IMG/VR virus record: IMGVR_UViG_3300008255_000125
Length of the DNA: 64,000 nucleotides
Origin: an uncultured virus (IMG/VR IMGVR_UViG_3300008255_000125)
Taxonomy: Duplodnaviria > Heunggongvirae > Uroviricota > Caudoviricetes
Strand: one strand, 5' to 3'
Shown in pieces: positions 20,896 to 31,877 of this stretch (the stretch's first letter is position 1; each line of letters begins with the position of its first letter). The notes below the pieces were generated by a model. The model was not told the origin of the DNA and ran no database searches. It saw only the letters and a program-made list of their open reading frames with translations. The position numbers and the translations under genes are program-made.

Positions 20896-21465
20896 TTACT
20901 TAGCTTTTGCTCCTGTTTTATTAGTTGCTTTTGCCTCTTCTTTTTTATCCTCCTTCTCTGGTTCTTGGACTTCTTCTTTTTCTTCTTTTACCTCTTCTTC
21001 AGCTTCTGTTTTTTCTTCTTTGTCTTTCATTTCAGCTGCTAAACTCATAATAAGTCCTTTAAGTATCTCAGGGTTTTCTTTTAATAAAGATGGAAGCATT
21101 TTAATTGCTTCAACTTCAACAACCTTCTTCATTGCGGGAGTTAACTTAACTGGCTTCGCCATTCCTTTCACAGCTTCTGCATGTCCATACTTAATTTCAG
21201 ACATAATGTGTTCTGGTTCAATATCAGTTCTAGAATCAGAGTAAGGATCTTGTCCTATTTCTTCTACTTCTATAAAATCATTTCCAAAACTTGGATGTTC
21301 GCGTAGCAATTGAGCCATTTGTTCATCCTTAACTGTTACTATACCTCCTTCAAACTTAACATACATCCCAGCGACAGGTTGTGTACCCAGGATTCGATTA
21401 CCTTCTATTCCGTTTTTTAAAATAACGCAATAATTTGATTGTTTACTAACGAATTGTGTTGACAT
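20896..21465 (-). CDS. hypothetical protein with acidic C-terminus
   Basis: 189-aa ORF in the head module. Confidence 0.6.
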   Translation of the reverse strand: MSTQFVSKQSNYCVILKNGIEGNRILGTQPVAGMYVKFEGGIVTVKDEQMAQLLREHPSFGNDFIEVEEIGQDPYSDSRTDIEPEHIMSEIKYGHAEAVKGMAKPVKLTPAMKKVVEVEAIKMLPSLLKENPEILKGLIMSLAAEMKDKEEKTEAEEEVKEEKEEVQEPEKEDKKEEAKATNKTGAKAK

Positions 21466-21563
21466 AAATTTTTTTATTCATAATTAATAATAAAGTCTCT
21501 GCTCTGACCTTAATCCGAGGGACGAATTTCTTCATCCCACGTATAAAGTCAGAGACTTTTAAA

Positions 21564-22271
21564 CTACTCTCTAATACCAACTACGCGGATTGCGTTTGTT
21601 GTTGCATTAGTAACTGTTCCGTCGATGTAAACAATAAGTTCTGCATCTGGAGCACCAGTTATTTTACCTAAACCTGAAGCAAATGACTCAGTTGTAACTG
21701 TTGCGTTTACACCCAACTTTGCGTACAAAAGAGATTCTTTTCCATCCTTAGTTCTTTGATAAACCTTAAATGTTGTAGCTGCGGCTGTGTGAGTTACATT
21801 ATACTGAATTTCCTGTAAGTGAACTCTGTGTCCATCAGCTTTTGCTGTCATTCCTGTTCCTTTTGGTGAAAGACAGATTGCCATAGTAGCGGCACCTGAA
21901 GTGTCAGCAACTAAGTCGTAAACAGTGTTACCATCCTCATCAACACCTGCAACTACTGGAGCTGCGGCTAAGAACCAGTTTGCTGATCCTTCTTGTCTTA
22001 GAGCGTCGATAACCTTTGCTTCGAATATACCATCAGCGTTGATAGCGTCTGCTACCTCACCAATTGTTGCATAAGTACCGAAAGCGTATGTATCTGTACC
22101 TCCATCAGATGTGATGTTAGCAACAGATGTGGCTGAGACAACAGTAACTGATGTTACTGAACCTGTACCTACATACTTCATTCTAATACCTATAGCTGCG
22201 TCGTTAGTAACTTGTCTAACTACGCCTTGAGCAAGTAATGCTCTTGTTTTTAATCCTTCCATTGAAGCCAT
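21564..22271 (-). CDS. putative capsid decoration/minor head protein
   Basis: Ala/Thr/Val-rich and directly after the major capsid gene. Likely start MASMEG at 22271 after an A/T-rich leader. Confidence 0.5.
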   Translation of the reverse strand: MASMEGLKTRALLAQGVVRQVTNDAAIGIRMKYVGTGSVTSVTVVSATSVANITSDGGTDTYAFGTYATIGEVADAINADGIFEAKVIDALRQEGSANWFLAAAPVVAGVDEDGNTVYDLVADTSGAATMAICLSPKGTGMTAKADGHRVHLQEIQYNVTHTAAATTFKVYQRTKDGKESLLYAKLGVNATVTTESFASGLGKITGAPDAELIVYIDGTVTNATTNAIRVVGIRE

Positions 22272-22422
22272 AAAATTTTTATAATTAACGATCATTGACC
22301 CGTGATCTAATCGGGAAGTGGTTCGAAACCACCCATGATTATGATTTATCCTCGCATAAACACCAACGAGTCTTCTATTTCACCCTAAGCTATTTCTAGC
22401 CTAGGGATTATAGAAATTTAGA

Positions 22423-23700
22423 CTAAGCAGTTACTCCTAGAAGTAATGAATGCTTTGCAGCCTGTTCACGTTGTAGTCCTACTTCTGATAAGTATTGATC
22501 TACCTGTCCATCTGCATCTGGAGCTTGAATATTTGTTTGAAGACTTGTATCTCGATTGTTTAAGAAACGATATACAAATGATTCCATATCTAACATAAAT
22601 GCGTAACTTGCGTAATCCTGTACGAATAGAGGATTGTGAACAATGTTGATTGTTCCGAATGCTGTTACATATCTACTTATCTTCATACCATATGAAGTTG
22701 CTTCTGGGGCCATAAGAATCTGACCACGTGCAATTTCATTGATAGCTTGAAGAACGACACCTCCTGCGAACATAACTTTCTCGTTGTTTCCGTATGTGAA
22801 AGATTCACGTAGGAATGTGTTAAGATCTGGAGCTGTTAATGGACCTCCTTGATTCTGTACGTAAGAATTACCAGACTTTATGAATTCAAGAATACCACCT
22901 GTACCTCTCTTTATGTGACCTTGAGCACCTGTGAAAGCTGCTGTTTTTTCACCGAACCAGAATGCTTTTTCGATATCAAGAGCATGCTCTGTACCTTTCT
23001 TAGCTCTCTGGTAAGGAAGATCTTTACCTCCGTAAAGATTAGCTTCTTTTTCAGTATTTGACAATGCGATTGTTGTCTTGAAGATCTGAGTGTAGTTAGT
23101 TTGAGGAGTTACGCGTGTTGAGTTAACTGCACGTGCACCACCATTTTCTTCATTAGCGTTACCGATAATGAACAAACCGTCTCCTGCTAGAGGAGTTGCT
23201 GCTGCTGTTGTACCGAAAGCACGTCCAGCTGCACCAATAGTTATACCAGTACCACTACCTGCTGCGGTAATGATCATGTTTTCACCAGTTCTTGCGTTCT
23301 TTACGATATCTCCAATTGTGAAGATAGTTGCAGATGCGCTACCTGCTCCTGTCAATACTAATACTATTTCACCAGTAGTACCTGAGGTAACTGATGCAAT
23401 TTTACAGTATCTTCCACCGTAGTAATCTTCGAACCATTTGAACTCTGGGTTTCCAGTAGCTCTTTTCATCATACCTGATCCTTTCCAAGCTTTACCGTCC
23501 CATACTTTACCTACGTTTGTAAGTAATGTAACAAGAGGGTGCTTGTTTGGTTCAAGCAAGAAGATTTTATCAACTGCATCAACGATTAAACGTTGTTCTG
23601 CGGCTGAAACGACAGTTGTTCGTCCTGCGTTTGCGGCTGTCAATGAGATGGCAGCACCTACATCATGGGTAGGCTCCGTGTAATAAGGGAATTGTGACAT
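22423..23700 (-). CDS. major capsid protein (SU10/phiEco32-like)
   Basis: EFKWFED, NYTQIF, DIEKAFWFG, GGILEFI, TAFGTINIV motifs, follows the scaffold gene. Confidence 0.85.
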   Translation of the reverse strand: MSQFPYYTEPTHDVGAAISLTAANAGRTTVVSAAEQRLIVDAVDKIFLLEPNKHPLVTLLTNVGKVWDGKAWKGSGMMKRATGNPEFKWFEDYYGGRYCKIASVTSGTTGEIVLVLTGAGSASATIFTIGDIVKNARTGENMIITAAGSGTGITIGAAGRAFGTTAAATPLAGDGLFIIGNANEENGGARAVNSTRVTPQTNYTQIFKTTIALSNTEKEANLYGGKDLPYQRAKKGTEHALDIEKAFWFGEKTAAFTGAQGHIKRGTGGILEFIKSGNSYVQNQGGPLTAPDLNTFLRESFTYGNNEKVMFAGGVVLQAINEIARGQILMAPEATSYGMKISRYVTAFGTINIVHNPLFVQDYASYAFMLDMESFVYRFLNNRDTSLQTNIQAPDADGQVDQYLSEVGLQREQAAKHSLLLGVTA

Positions 23701-23790
23701 ATAATTAATAATTTAATTAATAAACTTATAATAAAACCTTTGTTAAAAACAATTTCGTTATAGTTTATGTTCATATGGGAAACTTTTTAC

Positions 23791-24588
23791 CTAAAATGAA
23801 TTAGGGTTTGACTTATTTGAGATTAGAGAATCAATCATGTTGTCATCTCCAGCTATACGGTGAGTGGCATTTCCTGATCCACCGCCCATATTTAATGCTC
23901 CTGACTTTTCTGCTTCTGCTTGATCTATTTCGGCTTGTTTTCGAGCTTCCTTTTCTGAAAGTTCTCCTTTAACTGCATAATATGCGATAGCGATATCGGT
24001 TACATCATGCTCGTCAAGCCAGGTGTCTATTTCCTTAGCGTATTTTGGGAAATCAGCTGTACGACTTATAAAGTCATTTACACTTGATTCAAATGCGGTA
24101 AGATCATCTCTCTCCTTTAGTTCTTTCTGGAGATCACCCTTAATTTCCTTTGCCTTTTCTTCAATAAGTTTTGAAATTTCTTCTGGAGAAGCTCCTTTAT
24201 ACTCCTCTTTGGTTAGATCTTTCTTAACTTCTTCAGCGGCGGTGTTAACAATTTCTGCATCTGTGATCGAAACCTTACCTTCCATAGCTGCTTTTGCTAG
24301 GTCTGTCGTAATTTTTCCGTCCACAATGGCTTGTATTAACTCAGGACTGTTATCTAGTTTGTCTAGTAATGGTGAGATATCGGAAATGAATTTTCGATAT
24401 TCTCCTAATTCTGCCCCTTGTCTTCCTACAAGGCTCTCCAACTCCTTTAATTGGGCTGGATCTGTTTGAGGTGCTACTTCTTTTTGTGTCTCCCCTACAG
24501 CACCTCCAAAGCTATTAGGATTAGGAACACTTGTTACTTCTGGACTCCCCGCTTCTGGAGCGGATCCGTTGAATTTATTTTCTTCCAT
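23791..24588 (-). CDS. capsid scaffolding protein
   Basis: Acidic helical protein with ELESLVGRQGAELGE, located just upstream of the capsid gene. Confidence 0.7.
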   Translation of the reverse strand: MEENKFNGSAPEAGSPEVTSVPNPNSFGGAVGETQKEVAPQTDPAQLKELESLVGRQGAELGEYRKFISDISPLLDKLDNSPELIQAIVDGKITTDLAKAAMEGKVSITDAEIVNTAAEEVKKDLTKEEYKGASPEEISKLIEEKAKEIKGDLQKELKERDDLTAFESSVNDFISRTADFPKYAKEIDTWLDEHDVTDIAIAYYAVKGELSEKEARKQAEIDQAEAEKSGALNMGGGSGNATHRIAGDDNMIDSLISNKSNPNSF

Positions 24589-24639
24589 AAATTTTTTTAT
24601 TCATAATTAATAATAATAAACCGACTGAGCTCAAACGAT

Positions 24640-24783
24640 TTAACGCTTATTCTTTCCAAATTTCTTTTCAGAAAGTTTTTTGGCGATATCAACCAAATCC
24701 ACACCATCCTTTTGTGGTTCCTTCTTAAGCTTTAGAAGGGCCTCGGATATTGCTTCAACTGGTGATTCTTGCGTTTTTTCCAT
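24640..24783 (-). CDS. small hypothetical protein (47 aa)
   Basis: MEKTQESPVEAISEALLKL... read manually, AT-rich leader like its neighbours. Confidence 0.45.
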   Translation of the reverse strand: MEKTQESPVEAISEALLKLKKEPQKDGVDLVDIAKKLSEKKFGKNKR

Positions 24784-24806
24784 ATTTGTATTCATAATTA
24801 TATTTA

Positions 24807-25034
24807 TTATTTATTAGCAAATTGACCAATAGCTTCAGAAACTTTTCCTGCGTTGGCTTCAATGCCTTCTTTAAAGGTTGAACCTTTTGCTCTTAGTTGA
24901 CTTGATTTCTTATTTTTTAATTTTTTAACAACCTTTGTTTCATCTGTTGTTCGACCTGGGCCAATATTACTAAATGGCTTTAATCCACCTAGATCTGACT
25001 GATCGAAATTTTTCATTTTTCCTTTATCTTCCAT
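24807..25034 (-). CDS. hypothetical basic protein
   Basis: ORF track. Confidence 0.55.
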   Translation of the reverse strand: MEDKGKMKNFDQSDLGGLKPFSNIGPGRTTDETKVVKKLKNKKSSQLRAKGSTFKEGIEANAGKVSEAIGQFANK

Positions 25035-25039
25035 ATATT

Positions 25040-25426
25040 TTAACTTAATGTCTTTAAGTATTTAAATTTATAAACTGCAGCGACCATTTCATCTCTTATA
25101 TTAAGAAGAGTACTATCTCTTGTAGGTAATTCCTTTAAATATTCAATTAATTTATCTGGATCTACACATTTCATAACAGTATCCTTAAATGTTGGTCTTT
25201 TACCTTCATTTTTACCAACTGCAGCTTCTACAAATGCATCCATTAACCCTTCTAAGTCTGCCTGTATAGCTTCAGATGCCTTGTGCAGTGCGAAACTATT
25301 TGTTTCCCAGTGAGTTATCCTTAAAGCTAGACAAAATCCTTGAATATAATTGACACATTCAGGTATATCAAGATCACCTTTGTTTATCATGCTTGAAATT
25401 ATTCCTTTTTTTATGTTGTCATTCAT
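25040..25426 (-). CDS. ferritin/Dps-like four-helix protein
   Basis: HWET.SFALHKA...D.FVE...NIRDEM...KYL pattern of phage Dps-like proteins. Confidence 0.6.
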   Translation of the reverse strand: MNDNIKKGIISSMINKGDLDIPECVNYIQGFCLALRITHWETNSFALHKASEAIQADLEGLMDAFVEAAVGKNEGKRPTFKDTVMKCVDPDKLIEYLKELPTRDSTLLNIRDEMVAAVYKFKYLKTLS

Positions 25427-25575
25427 TTTATTTTAAATTAAACTATTAAAAATATTATTTTTCATATTGCTTTCTTAATATAGACTTCAATAGTTTCTTT
25501 TTTGCGGATACATCAACCTTAAGTCTTCCTTCTGATTCTGAGTTTGATGTTGTTGTTGGTCCTGAGTAGTTCATA

Positions 25576-25821
25576 TTAAGAATATTTAAAAGCTTTTACT
25601 TTTTTAATTGCTTTTTTTAACACTGTGACCTTTTTTGGGGTAGGTAGTTTGACAACCTTAGATATTTTACTAAAGTCATATACCTTAGTTTTCTTATCCT
25701 TAGAAATCTTAGTACCCTTAATAGCCACAGTTTTTATAACTGGGCTCTTGGTAAGTCTAGAAAATTTTGCACTAGCCTTAGGTAATCCTGCATTCTTTAG
25801 TTTTGTGAAAGATAAGTTCAT
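25576..25821 (-). CDS. Lys-rich basic protein (possibly DNA-condensing)
   Basis: Very high Lys content. Confidence 0.5.
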   Translation of the reverse strand: MNLSFTKLKNAGLPKASAKFSRLTKSPVIKTVAIKGTKISKDKKTKVYDFSKISKVVKLPTPKKVTVLKKAIKKVKAFKYS

Positions 25822-25872
25822 ATTTTTCTTTATGTTTTATATTATAGCATACATACCAATAAAAAAACAAGT

Positions 25873-26223
25873 TTAATATTTTCCGTACGCCCCACCTAAA
25901 TCATTTTTAGCATCTTCTTCCTTTGTTTCAGGATCTTCTGCTTTTCTTGATTCAAATTTTAAAGATAAAACTGCATCTTGATAATCTAACATTCCTGTTA
26001 TTATTCCTTGATATTGAGATATTTTTGATGGTTCTTTTACTGGATCTAAGGTTAAGAAAGAATCCTGTACTGTAGCGACTCTATCTAATACATATTTCAA
26101 CATTGCTATCCAATGTGGTGTACCCTCAAAATCTTTCATTAAACTCTTCATGTCTTCGTTAGACATTTCTCTTATTGCATCTCGTACTTCTTGTGTGAAG
26201 TAATCCTTTTTTTCTTTATTCAT
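25873..26223 (-). CDS. hypothetical head-module protein
   Basis: ORF between portal and scaffold genes. Confidence 0.6.
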   Translation of the reverse strand: MNKEKKDYFTQEVRDAIREMSNEDMKSLMKDFEGTPHWIAMLKYVLDRVATVQDSFLTLDPVKEPSKISQYQGIITGMLDYQDAVLSLKFESRKAEDPETKEEDAKNDLGGAYGKY

Positions 26224-26251
26224 ATATTTATATTCATATTAAAATTAATAA

Positions 26252-26704
26252 TTACTTAAACTTAGGTTTATATGTAGTAAACTTTGCCTTAAAGCTTTTT
26301 ACGTCTTTCTTTGTTGGATTTATTATTTCACCATCCTTATTCTTCTTGGAAGTTGTTGGAAAATTTGAAGGAGTTACTTTCTTGATTACAGCTTTCATAA
26401 CTTTTTTCTCTGGAGATACTACAGACTTTACTTTATCTATATTACTCTTTATATTTTCTCCAATACCTTTAGCTGCTCCTAGTGTTCCTCCCATTAGGCC
26501 CTTTATCCCAGCCTTTAAGTTGTCAATAGGATCAGTCATATCTATACCTGATTCTTTCTTATATTGAGCCATATTACTTTTATAAGCACTCTTAGCTCCT
26601 TCTATTGCATTGTTTCCTATATTAAGCATCCCTTTCTTAAGAGAAGACAATGGGCCTCCTTTTGCATCGCAACACTTTTTTAAAATTTCTTTTTTCTTGT
26701 TCAT
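26252..26704 (-). CDS. Lys-rich hypothetical protein
   Basis: ORF track. Confidence 0.55.
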   Translation of the reverse strand: MNKKKEILKKCCDAKGGPLSSLKKGMLNIGNNAIEGAKSAYKSNMAQYKKESGIDMTDPIDNLKAGIKGLMGGTLGAAKGIGENIKSNIDKVKSVVSPEKKVMKAVIKKVTPSNFPTTSKKNKDGEIINPTKKDVKSFKAKFTTYKPKFK

Positions 26705-26752
26705 GTGATTTATTATACCATATGTTAATTAATAATACTAATTACTTGTCAC

Positions 26753-27049
26753 CTATGAATTCTTACTAGTCTTTGGGATCGAACTAGCCGTTGGTGGCCC
26801 CCCAGACTTAAGTAAATTTATAGGTGACGATGCTTCTTTAAACAGATCTGTACTTGGTCCTCCTTTACCAGTATGCTTAGAAATAATTTTCTTTAATGAT
26901 GACAATTTTTTCTTTTTTGGAATAACATGTTCTGGTAAATCATCTATATTTTTAGTACTAGCAGCCCATTCTTTTGCATGTGCTTTCATCTCAGGACCTA
27001 ATTTCCCACTGAATACTCCCCTCATTTGTGCTAAACTCTTGAATGGCAT
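26753..27049 (-). CDS. MPFKS-AQ family small virion-associated protein
   Basis: N-terminal MPFKSLAQMR...AKEWA...LPEH motif common in phages. Confidence 0.6.
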   Translation of the reverse strand: MPFKSLAQMRGVFSGKLGPEMKAHAKEWAASTKNIDDLPEHVIPKKKKLSSLKKIISKHTGKGGPSTDLFKEASSPINLLKSGGPPTASSIPKTSKNS

Positions 27050-27050
27050 A

Positions 27051-29210
27051 TTACTTTCCTTTTTGAAGGCTTGTTGCCCTGTTTAATAATTGCGACTCTG
27101 GGTTACTGTTAACTGAATGGACACTTGTGTTTGTATTAACCTTACCAGTTCTATTCATACCTCTTGAGTTTGATGTTGGAAGTGGAATACGTCCAGCTGT
27201 TGGGGGTGTTCCTGCATTCATTAGGTTTATTGGGGAAGATGCTTGTGCAAATGGTGAAGCCCCTCCTGCTGGACCACCTCTCAACATTGCTAGTGCATTT
27301 TGTGCTACTTCTGGTGATATTGATTTAGTACCAGCTGTTGGGGGTTGTAATTCTGGTGATTCTTGCATTCCTGCATTTGGATCTTCTGGTGGCAATGGTT
27401 GTCCATCTGGTCCAACTAATGGTTGTCCATCTGGTCCCATAGCCTCTGGTGGTTGTTCTTCACCTTTAGTTATTGAATCTAATGCCCAGTTCCAATCAAC
27501 AAGAACTTTTTGAGTAAGCTTCTGTGGATCAACGAATGGAAGGTTAATAAGCAACTGGAATAGGTCCATATCTTGCTTCTTCTTGATATCTTGTTGTCCA
27601 GCAATAGAAGGAAGAACAGCAGCTTTGTAATCAAATTTACCACATAGATCATCTTTTTCAATAAGTGGAAACATTTCTTTTCCATCATCTCCAACTATTC
27701 GAATAATCATATCTTTAGTAAAGAACTGACGTGACATATCCATCCAATAACGCATTAATACTGAGAATCCATCACCAAGGTGGTTTACAAATAGACGTAC
27801 ACGCTCAAGTGTAGACTCACGAAGGTGTCTAACCTCTGTAGCTGAACTAGCTCCTCCTCCAGCTCCCATTGAGAAGTCATCAACCCCAGAAGCATAACGC
27901 ATATCTGCCTTAAGAAGATCTTCTTCTTTATAAGCAGAAGCTTTAATATCTGAGAATTGAACCTCACGAACACCGTTAGGGTCAACAGAGTAAATAATAC
28001 CGAAAGGTCGAGTAATAAGTTCCTCTTTATTGATATTTGCAAGTGGGTTAACGATCCACATCTTGTGAATAGACAAAGTTGCAGCATCTAGACGTTGGTT
28101 CTTAATCATGTTCATCATAATCTGTGGATTTTCAAGAATCATAGGTAATCCATATCCTTCAAATTCTCCAGGAACCTTCAAATAAGGGAAATCAATGAAT
28201 GTAGCTTCTTTGAAGTCATAAGGAATTGGCATCCATCCACCTTTGAAGATTGGAGTGTATCCTCCTCCTACGTGAACTGAATACATATCTTGAAATGGTT
28301 GTGTATATTCAAAAACTTCATACATTTGTAGTTCTGGGTCACCAAAAGTCTTATATTTATCACTTCCGTAGCCGAAAGATCCATAAGTTGGTCCATTAAA
28401 TGTATTTATACCATTGAAAGTGTTTATTCCTTTAACAACAAGCTCTTGATTTTGCTTAACTTGTGTACGAATAGAAGCGTAATCACTTAAATCACCTCCT
28501 GGGTTGTTTAAGGCGAGTTGTAAACGCTCTGGATCTGCATTTGGATAACGCCTTACGATCTCAGGAGCAGTTAAACATAATCTTTTAAACCAATATTGCT
28601 TAGATTCGCGATCTGTGTTGTGCCAGTCATACATAAGTGAGTAATTATCTACCCATTCAGCTGTTGGGGCATCATAAAAAGTTCTTTCTTCTGTCTTCCA
28701 TTCGTATTTTTTCTTTGCTAAATCTTTAGTTTTAAGGAATTTCTGCTTTCTTACGTCTTTTTTCCATGAAGCCTGGAGATATCCTGTTCCATAAACCAAT
28801 GAAGAACGAACAACATCTTCCACTGTTCGATCCATTTTTGATATTTCCCATATGTAATCTCCTAATTGTTGCTGTTTTTCTGATTTATTTTGATCTTCTT
28901 GTGTTCTACCTTGAACACTAAAGTCTGGACGTGCATCCAAAACACGAGGCATAAGAGTTTCTACCACTGCTTGCACATAAGGAACGAATATATTTGACTG
29001 CCAAGACTTAATTTGTAATTGACGATCACCATTATAGGCAATATATAATTTGTATGATCTATCTAAACGTGGTTTTAATATACGTAGAAAATACTGACGA
29101 GCATCCATCAATGATAACATGAATTTAGACTGAAATTCAACCTCGTCTTTACCGAAGTCTGATGGGTTGTAAGTATTATAACGTGTATATTTTGAATATT
29201 GTGTAAGCAT
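27051..29210 (-). CDS. portal protein
   Basis: 719 aa directly after the terminase, podoviral portal-like organisation, Pro-rich C-terminal tail. Confidence 0.85.
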   Translation of the reverse strand: MLTQYSKYTRYNTYNPSDFGKDEVEFQSKFMLSLMDARQYFLRILKPRLDRSYKLYIAYNGDRQLQIKSWQSNIFVPYVQAVVETLMPRVLDARPDFSVQGRTQEDQNKSEKQQQLGDYIWEISKMDRTVEDVVRSSLVYGTGYLQASWKKDVRKQKFLKTKDLAKKKYEWKTEERTFYDAPTAEWVDNYSLMYDWHNTDRESKQYWFKRLCLTAPEIVRRYPNADPERLQLALNNPGGDLSDYASIRTQVKQNQELVVKGINTFNGINTFNGPTYGSFGYGSDKYKTFGDPELQMYEVFEYTQPFQDMYSVHVGGGYTPIFKGGWMPIPYDFKEATFIDFPYLKVPGEFEGYGLPMILENPQIMMNMIKNQRLDAATLSIHKMWIVNPLANINKEELITRPFGIIYSVDPNGVREVQFSDIKASAYKEEDLLKADMRYASGVDDFSMGAGGGASSATEVRHLRESTLERVRLFVNHLGDGFSVLMRYWMDMSRQFFTKDMIIRIVGDDGKEMFPLIEKDDLCGKFDYKAAVLPSIAGQQDIKKKQDMDLFQLLINLPFVDPQKLTQKVLVDWNWALDSITKGEEQPPEAMGPDGQPLVGPDGQPLPPEDPNAGMQESPELQPPTAGTKSISPEVAQNALAMLRGGPAGGASPFAQASSPINLMNAGTPPTAGRIPLPTSNSRGMNRTGKVNTNTSVHSVNSNPESQLLNRATSLQKGK

Positions 29211-29249
29211 ATATTTATAAGTCTATTTTAACATAGTACTACTGAATTG

Positions 29250-30695
29250 TTAATAACCAACTGATGGTAAATGTTGTGAATAATTTAACTGTGTCATAGG
29301 TTTATCACTAATAACTTTAAATCCTTGACATGCGATTGCGGATGAAAAAATACAGTCATCATTGTAACTATCCATACAAACCATGTTATTAGCATCGTTG
29401 TACACAAATGTTGTCATTTCATCAACTGTTTCCTTGCTATGTAATATAATACTTCCTTCTCTTGTCATTTGTTCGAATTCATCTATCAAAATTGGACGAG
29501 TAACTTTAGTTGTTTTCCATCCAAGTTTATCTGACCATGGACTACCTATTGTGTCAAAACGAGATGGTCTAAAATATAGAGATGGATATAATAAATTCTT
29601 TAATACATTAAGAACAACGTTTCCGTGAGCTTCAGCTTCAACTACCATTAATGCATTATTATAATGACGCCCCCATTTATCCAAAACTTTAGCAAACCTA
29701 TCTGGGGATATATGACCTCTCCACATTCCAACTTCTTCTCCATTTGATCTATCTATAATTGTAGCTACAGAATAGTCACCTCCAGTTACACCTTCAGAAC
29801 AGTCAGCTCCGACAACATAGAAGTGTTTAGCTTGTGGTGGTTTATACATTCTAAATCCTTCTTCCTCTCTAACCATATGTTCAGTTCCATCCTCCATTTT
29901 TACCCTATCTCCAACCTTAAGAACACCTTCTCTTTGTTTATTAATAGCTTCTTGTGTAAATACAGCTCTTCCTGAAATCAAGAATTCTAACGCGTAGTTG
30001 TTGTTAAACTTACGAGGATTATTCATACGCTTTCTAATCGTTTCAATTTCTTCCTCGCTATAGTTCCACCACCATCCATACTCTTTCTTTACATAATCAT
30101 TTTGAGATACCCACATTCTATGGAAGTAATCTCCAACAGCTCCAGGTGAAGACTCGATAATAATTTTTCCATTAATAGGAACTGAGGCTTCTAGTGTAAC
30201 TAGTTTATCTTCTGCTTTATCCCAGAAAGGCACCTCTGTTAGTAGTGCATAGTTAATTGTATATCCTCTACCTACGTTATCAGTAGAAGGAAGCACTAGA
30301 ATCTTAGAGTCTGATTCAGGGAAAGAAATTTCGAATTTAGAGTTATAGTGAATAGTAGGTTTAATTGCATCAGGAGTTGTTCTGTAGAATGTTTTAATTT
30401 TATCCAAAAGTTCTGCAGTAAGGTCGTTGTTATAACCAACAAGGGCTGTTGATACTCCTGCGGTTGTAATTGTTTTATGATATAAGAACCCAGTAATTGC
30501 TGTCGAGAATCCAATCTGACGAGCCTTCATAATAATAATACGATTGTTTCTTTGAACAACATTAAAAATATCTAACTGAGCAGGTTTAAGAATAAATGGA
30601 ACCAACCCTTTACCATCTTTACCTTTAATCTTACAGAAGTTTTCTAGGTAGAATCTAGGATCTGCAAGTTGTTCTACGCTATTATTATTATCCAT
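29250..30695 (-). CDS. terL: terminase large subunit
   Basis: Walker A KARQIGFS, Walker B LLTE, ESSP coupling motif, RNase H-like GADCSEG...DYS and NDDCI. Confidence 0.95.
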   Translation of the reverse strand: MDNNNSVEQLADPRFYLENFCKIKGKDGKGLVPFILKPAQLDIFNVVQRNNRIIIMKARQIGFSTAITGFLYHKTITTAGVSTALVGYNNDLTAELLDKIKTFYRTTPDAIKPTIHYNSKFEISFPESDSKILVLPSTDNVGRGYTINYALLTEVPFWDKAEDKLVTLEASVPINGKIIIESSPGAVGDYFHRMWVSQNDYVKKEYGWWWNYSEEEIETIRKRMNNPRKFNNNYALEFLISGRAVFTQEAINKQREGVLKVGDRVKMEDGTEHMVREEEGFRMYKPPQAKHFYVVGADCSEGVTGGDYSVATIIDRSNGEEVGMWRGHISPDRFAKVLDKWGRHYNNALMVVEAEAHGNVVLNVLKNLLYPSLYFRPSRFDTIGSPWSDKLGWKTTKVTRPILIDEFEQMTREGSIILHSKETVDEMTTFVYNDANNMVCMDSYNDDCIFSSAIACQGFKVISDKPMTQLNYSQHLPSVGY

Positions 30696-31209
30696 ATATT
30701 TGTCCTGCTTCTTTATTAGCCTTTTCTTTAGCTAGTCTTATATGCTCAGGCATCTCTGGGGCCTCAACCTCATATTCAACCAATTTAATTTGTTCTCCTT
30801 GTTGTTCTTTTTCTGCTTTGATCTTTAACAATGTTTCTTCCCATGTACCACCAGCGATAGATGATTCTTCATATTTATCTAATCCTATAGATTTAAGTAT
30901 CATATTTAATCCAGCTAATCTATCTGAAGCCTTATCTGCTGTATCTATTTCAGTTTTAATACCCTTAACAACATAATCAAATGTTATTCCATTCTTAGCC
31001 AAAGAGGAATGATACTCTTTTCTCATAGCCATCTTATCTAATGTCCTATATACCTCGGCTACAGTTTTTACACCAATTAATTCCTTTAATTTCTTAGGAT
31101 CTTGTGTAACCTGCAATGCTTTTAATAACATTATTTGCTGGGTTGTGTTTTGATTATTATATGCATATTTACCTTGTACAAATACTACTGGTTTTAATTT
31201 TTTATTCAT
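30688..31209 (-). CDS. probable terminase small subunit
   Basis: Helical protein overlapping the terL start. Confidence 0.55.
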   Translation of the reverse strand: MNKKLKPVVFVQGKYAYNNQNTTQQIMLLKALQVTQDPKKLKELIGVKTVAEVYRTLDKMAMRKEYHSSLAKNGITFDYVVKGIKTEIDTADKASDRLAGLNMILKSIGLDKYEESSIAGGTWEETLLKIKAEKEQQGEQIKLVEYEVEAPEMPEHIRLAKEKANKEAGQIYG

Positions 31210-31877
31210 ATTTTTTTCTTCTTACCTTTTAAAAGTTTATAATTATCTTTAATATAATAAGGCGACTTCCTATCACTGTTTTGTGTTAGCTCATACCTAT
31301 TATACCCTAATATTTCATTTTCTGAAAGTGTGTGATTTAATACATAATCTAAAAATACCGCATAAGACATTTCTCTCTTATCGGCTTCTTCCAATAATTC
31401 AAACCGATCCTCTAGTTGGAATACAACCAAAAGGAATTCCATTGATATATTTTTATATGGGAATTTATAGAAATCAGGATTTTCAAATGGGTTCTCATCC
31501 TCAAATCCTGGAAATAATTGATCAAAATAATATACATCTAATCTATTAAAATATTTACCCTTAGTTATTAGTTGAATATCATTACCTATATTCCTTCTTA
31601 GAAACTTAGTAAAAGCATTAGCTAGAACTCTTGAGTTCTTTTGCATAGGAACTATAGTCTTTGATCCATAAAATACAAACTTTCGTCTTAACCATGAGAG
31701 TTTAACACACTGTAAAAATATATCAGAATACATTTCTGTTATAAAGTTATGTGCAAGCGATCTATATTCGTTTAACTCCATACCCAAAGCAGCAATGTTA
31801 TTTACTTGTAACCTAGATTTACTGTTTGGGACATCTTCAGAGAAAACGTTCTCATATGTTTTGCTGTGGTGTCTCAT
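31206..31877 (-). CDS. hypothetical protein
   Basis: 223-aa ORF overlapping both neighbours. Confidence 0.6.
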   Translation of the reverse strand: MRHHSKTYENVFSEDVPNSKSRLQVNNIAALGMELNEYRSLAHNFITEMYSDIFLQCVKLSWLRRKFVFYGSKTIVPMQKNSRVLANAFTKFLRRNIGNDIQLITKGKYFNRLDVYYFDQLFPGFEDENPFENPDFYKFPYKNISMEFLLVVFQLEDRFELLEEADKREMSYAVFLDYVLNHTLSENEILGYNRYELTQNSDRKSPYYIKDNYKLLKGKKKKI

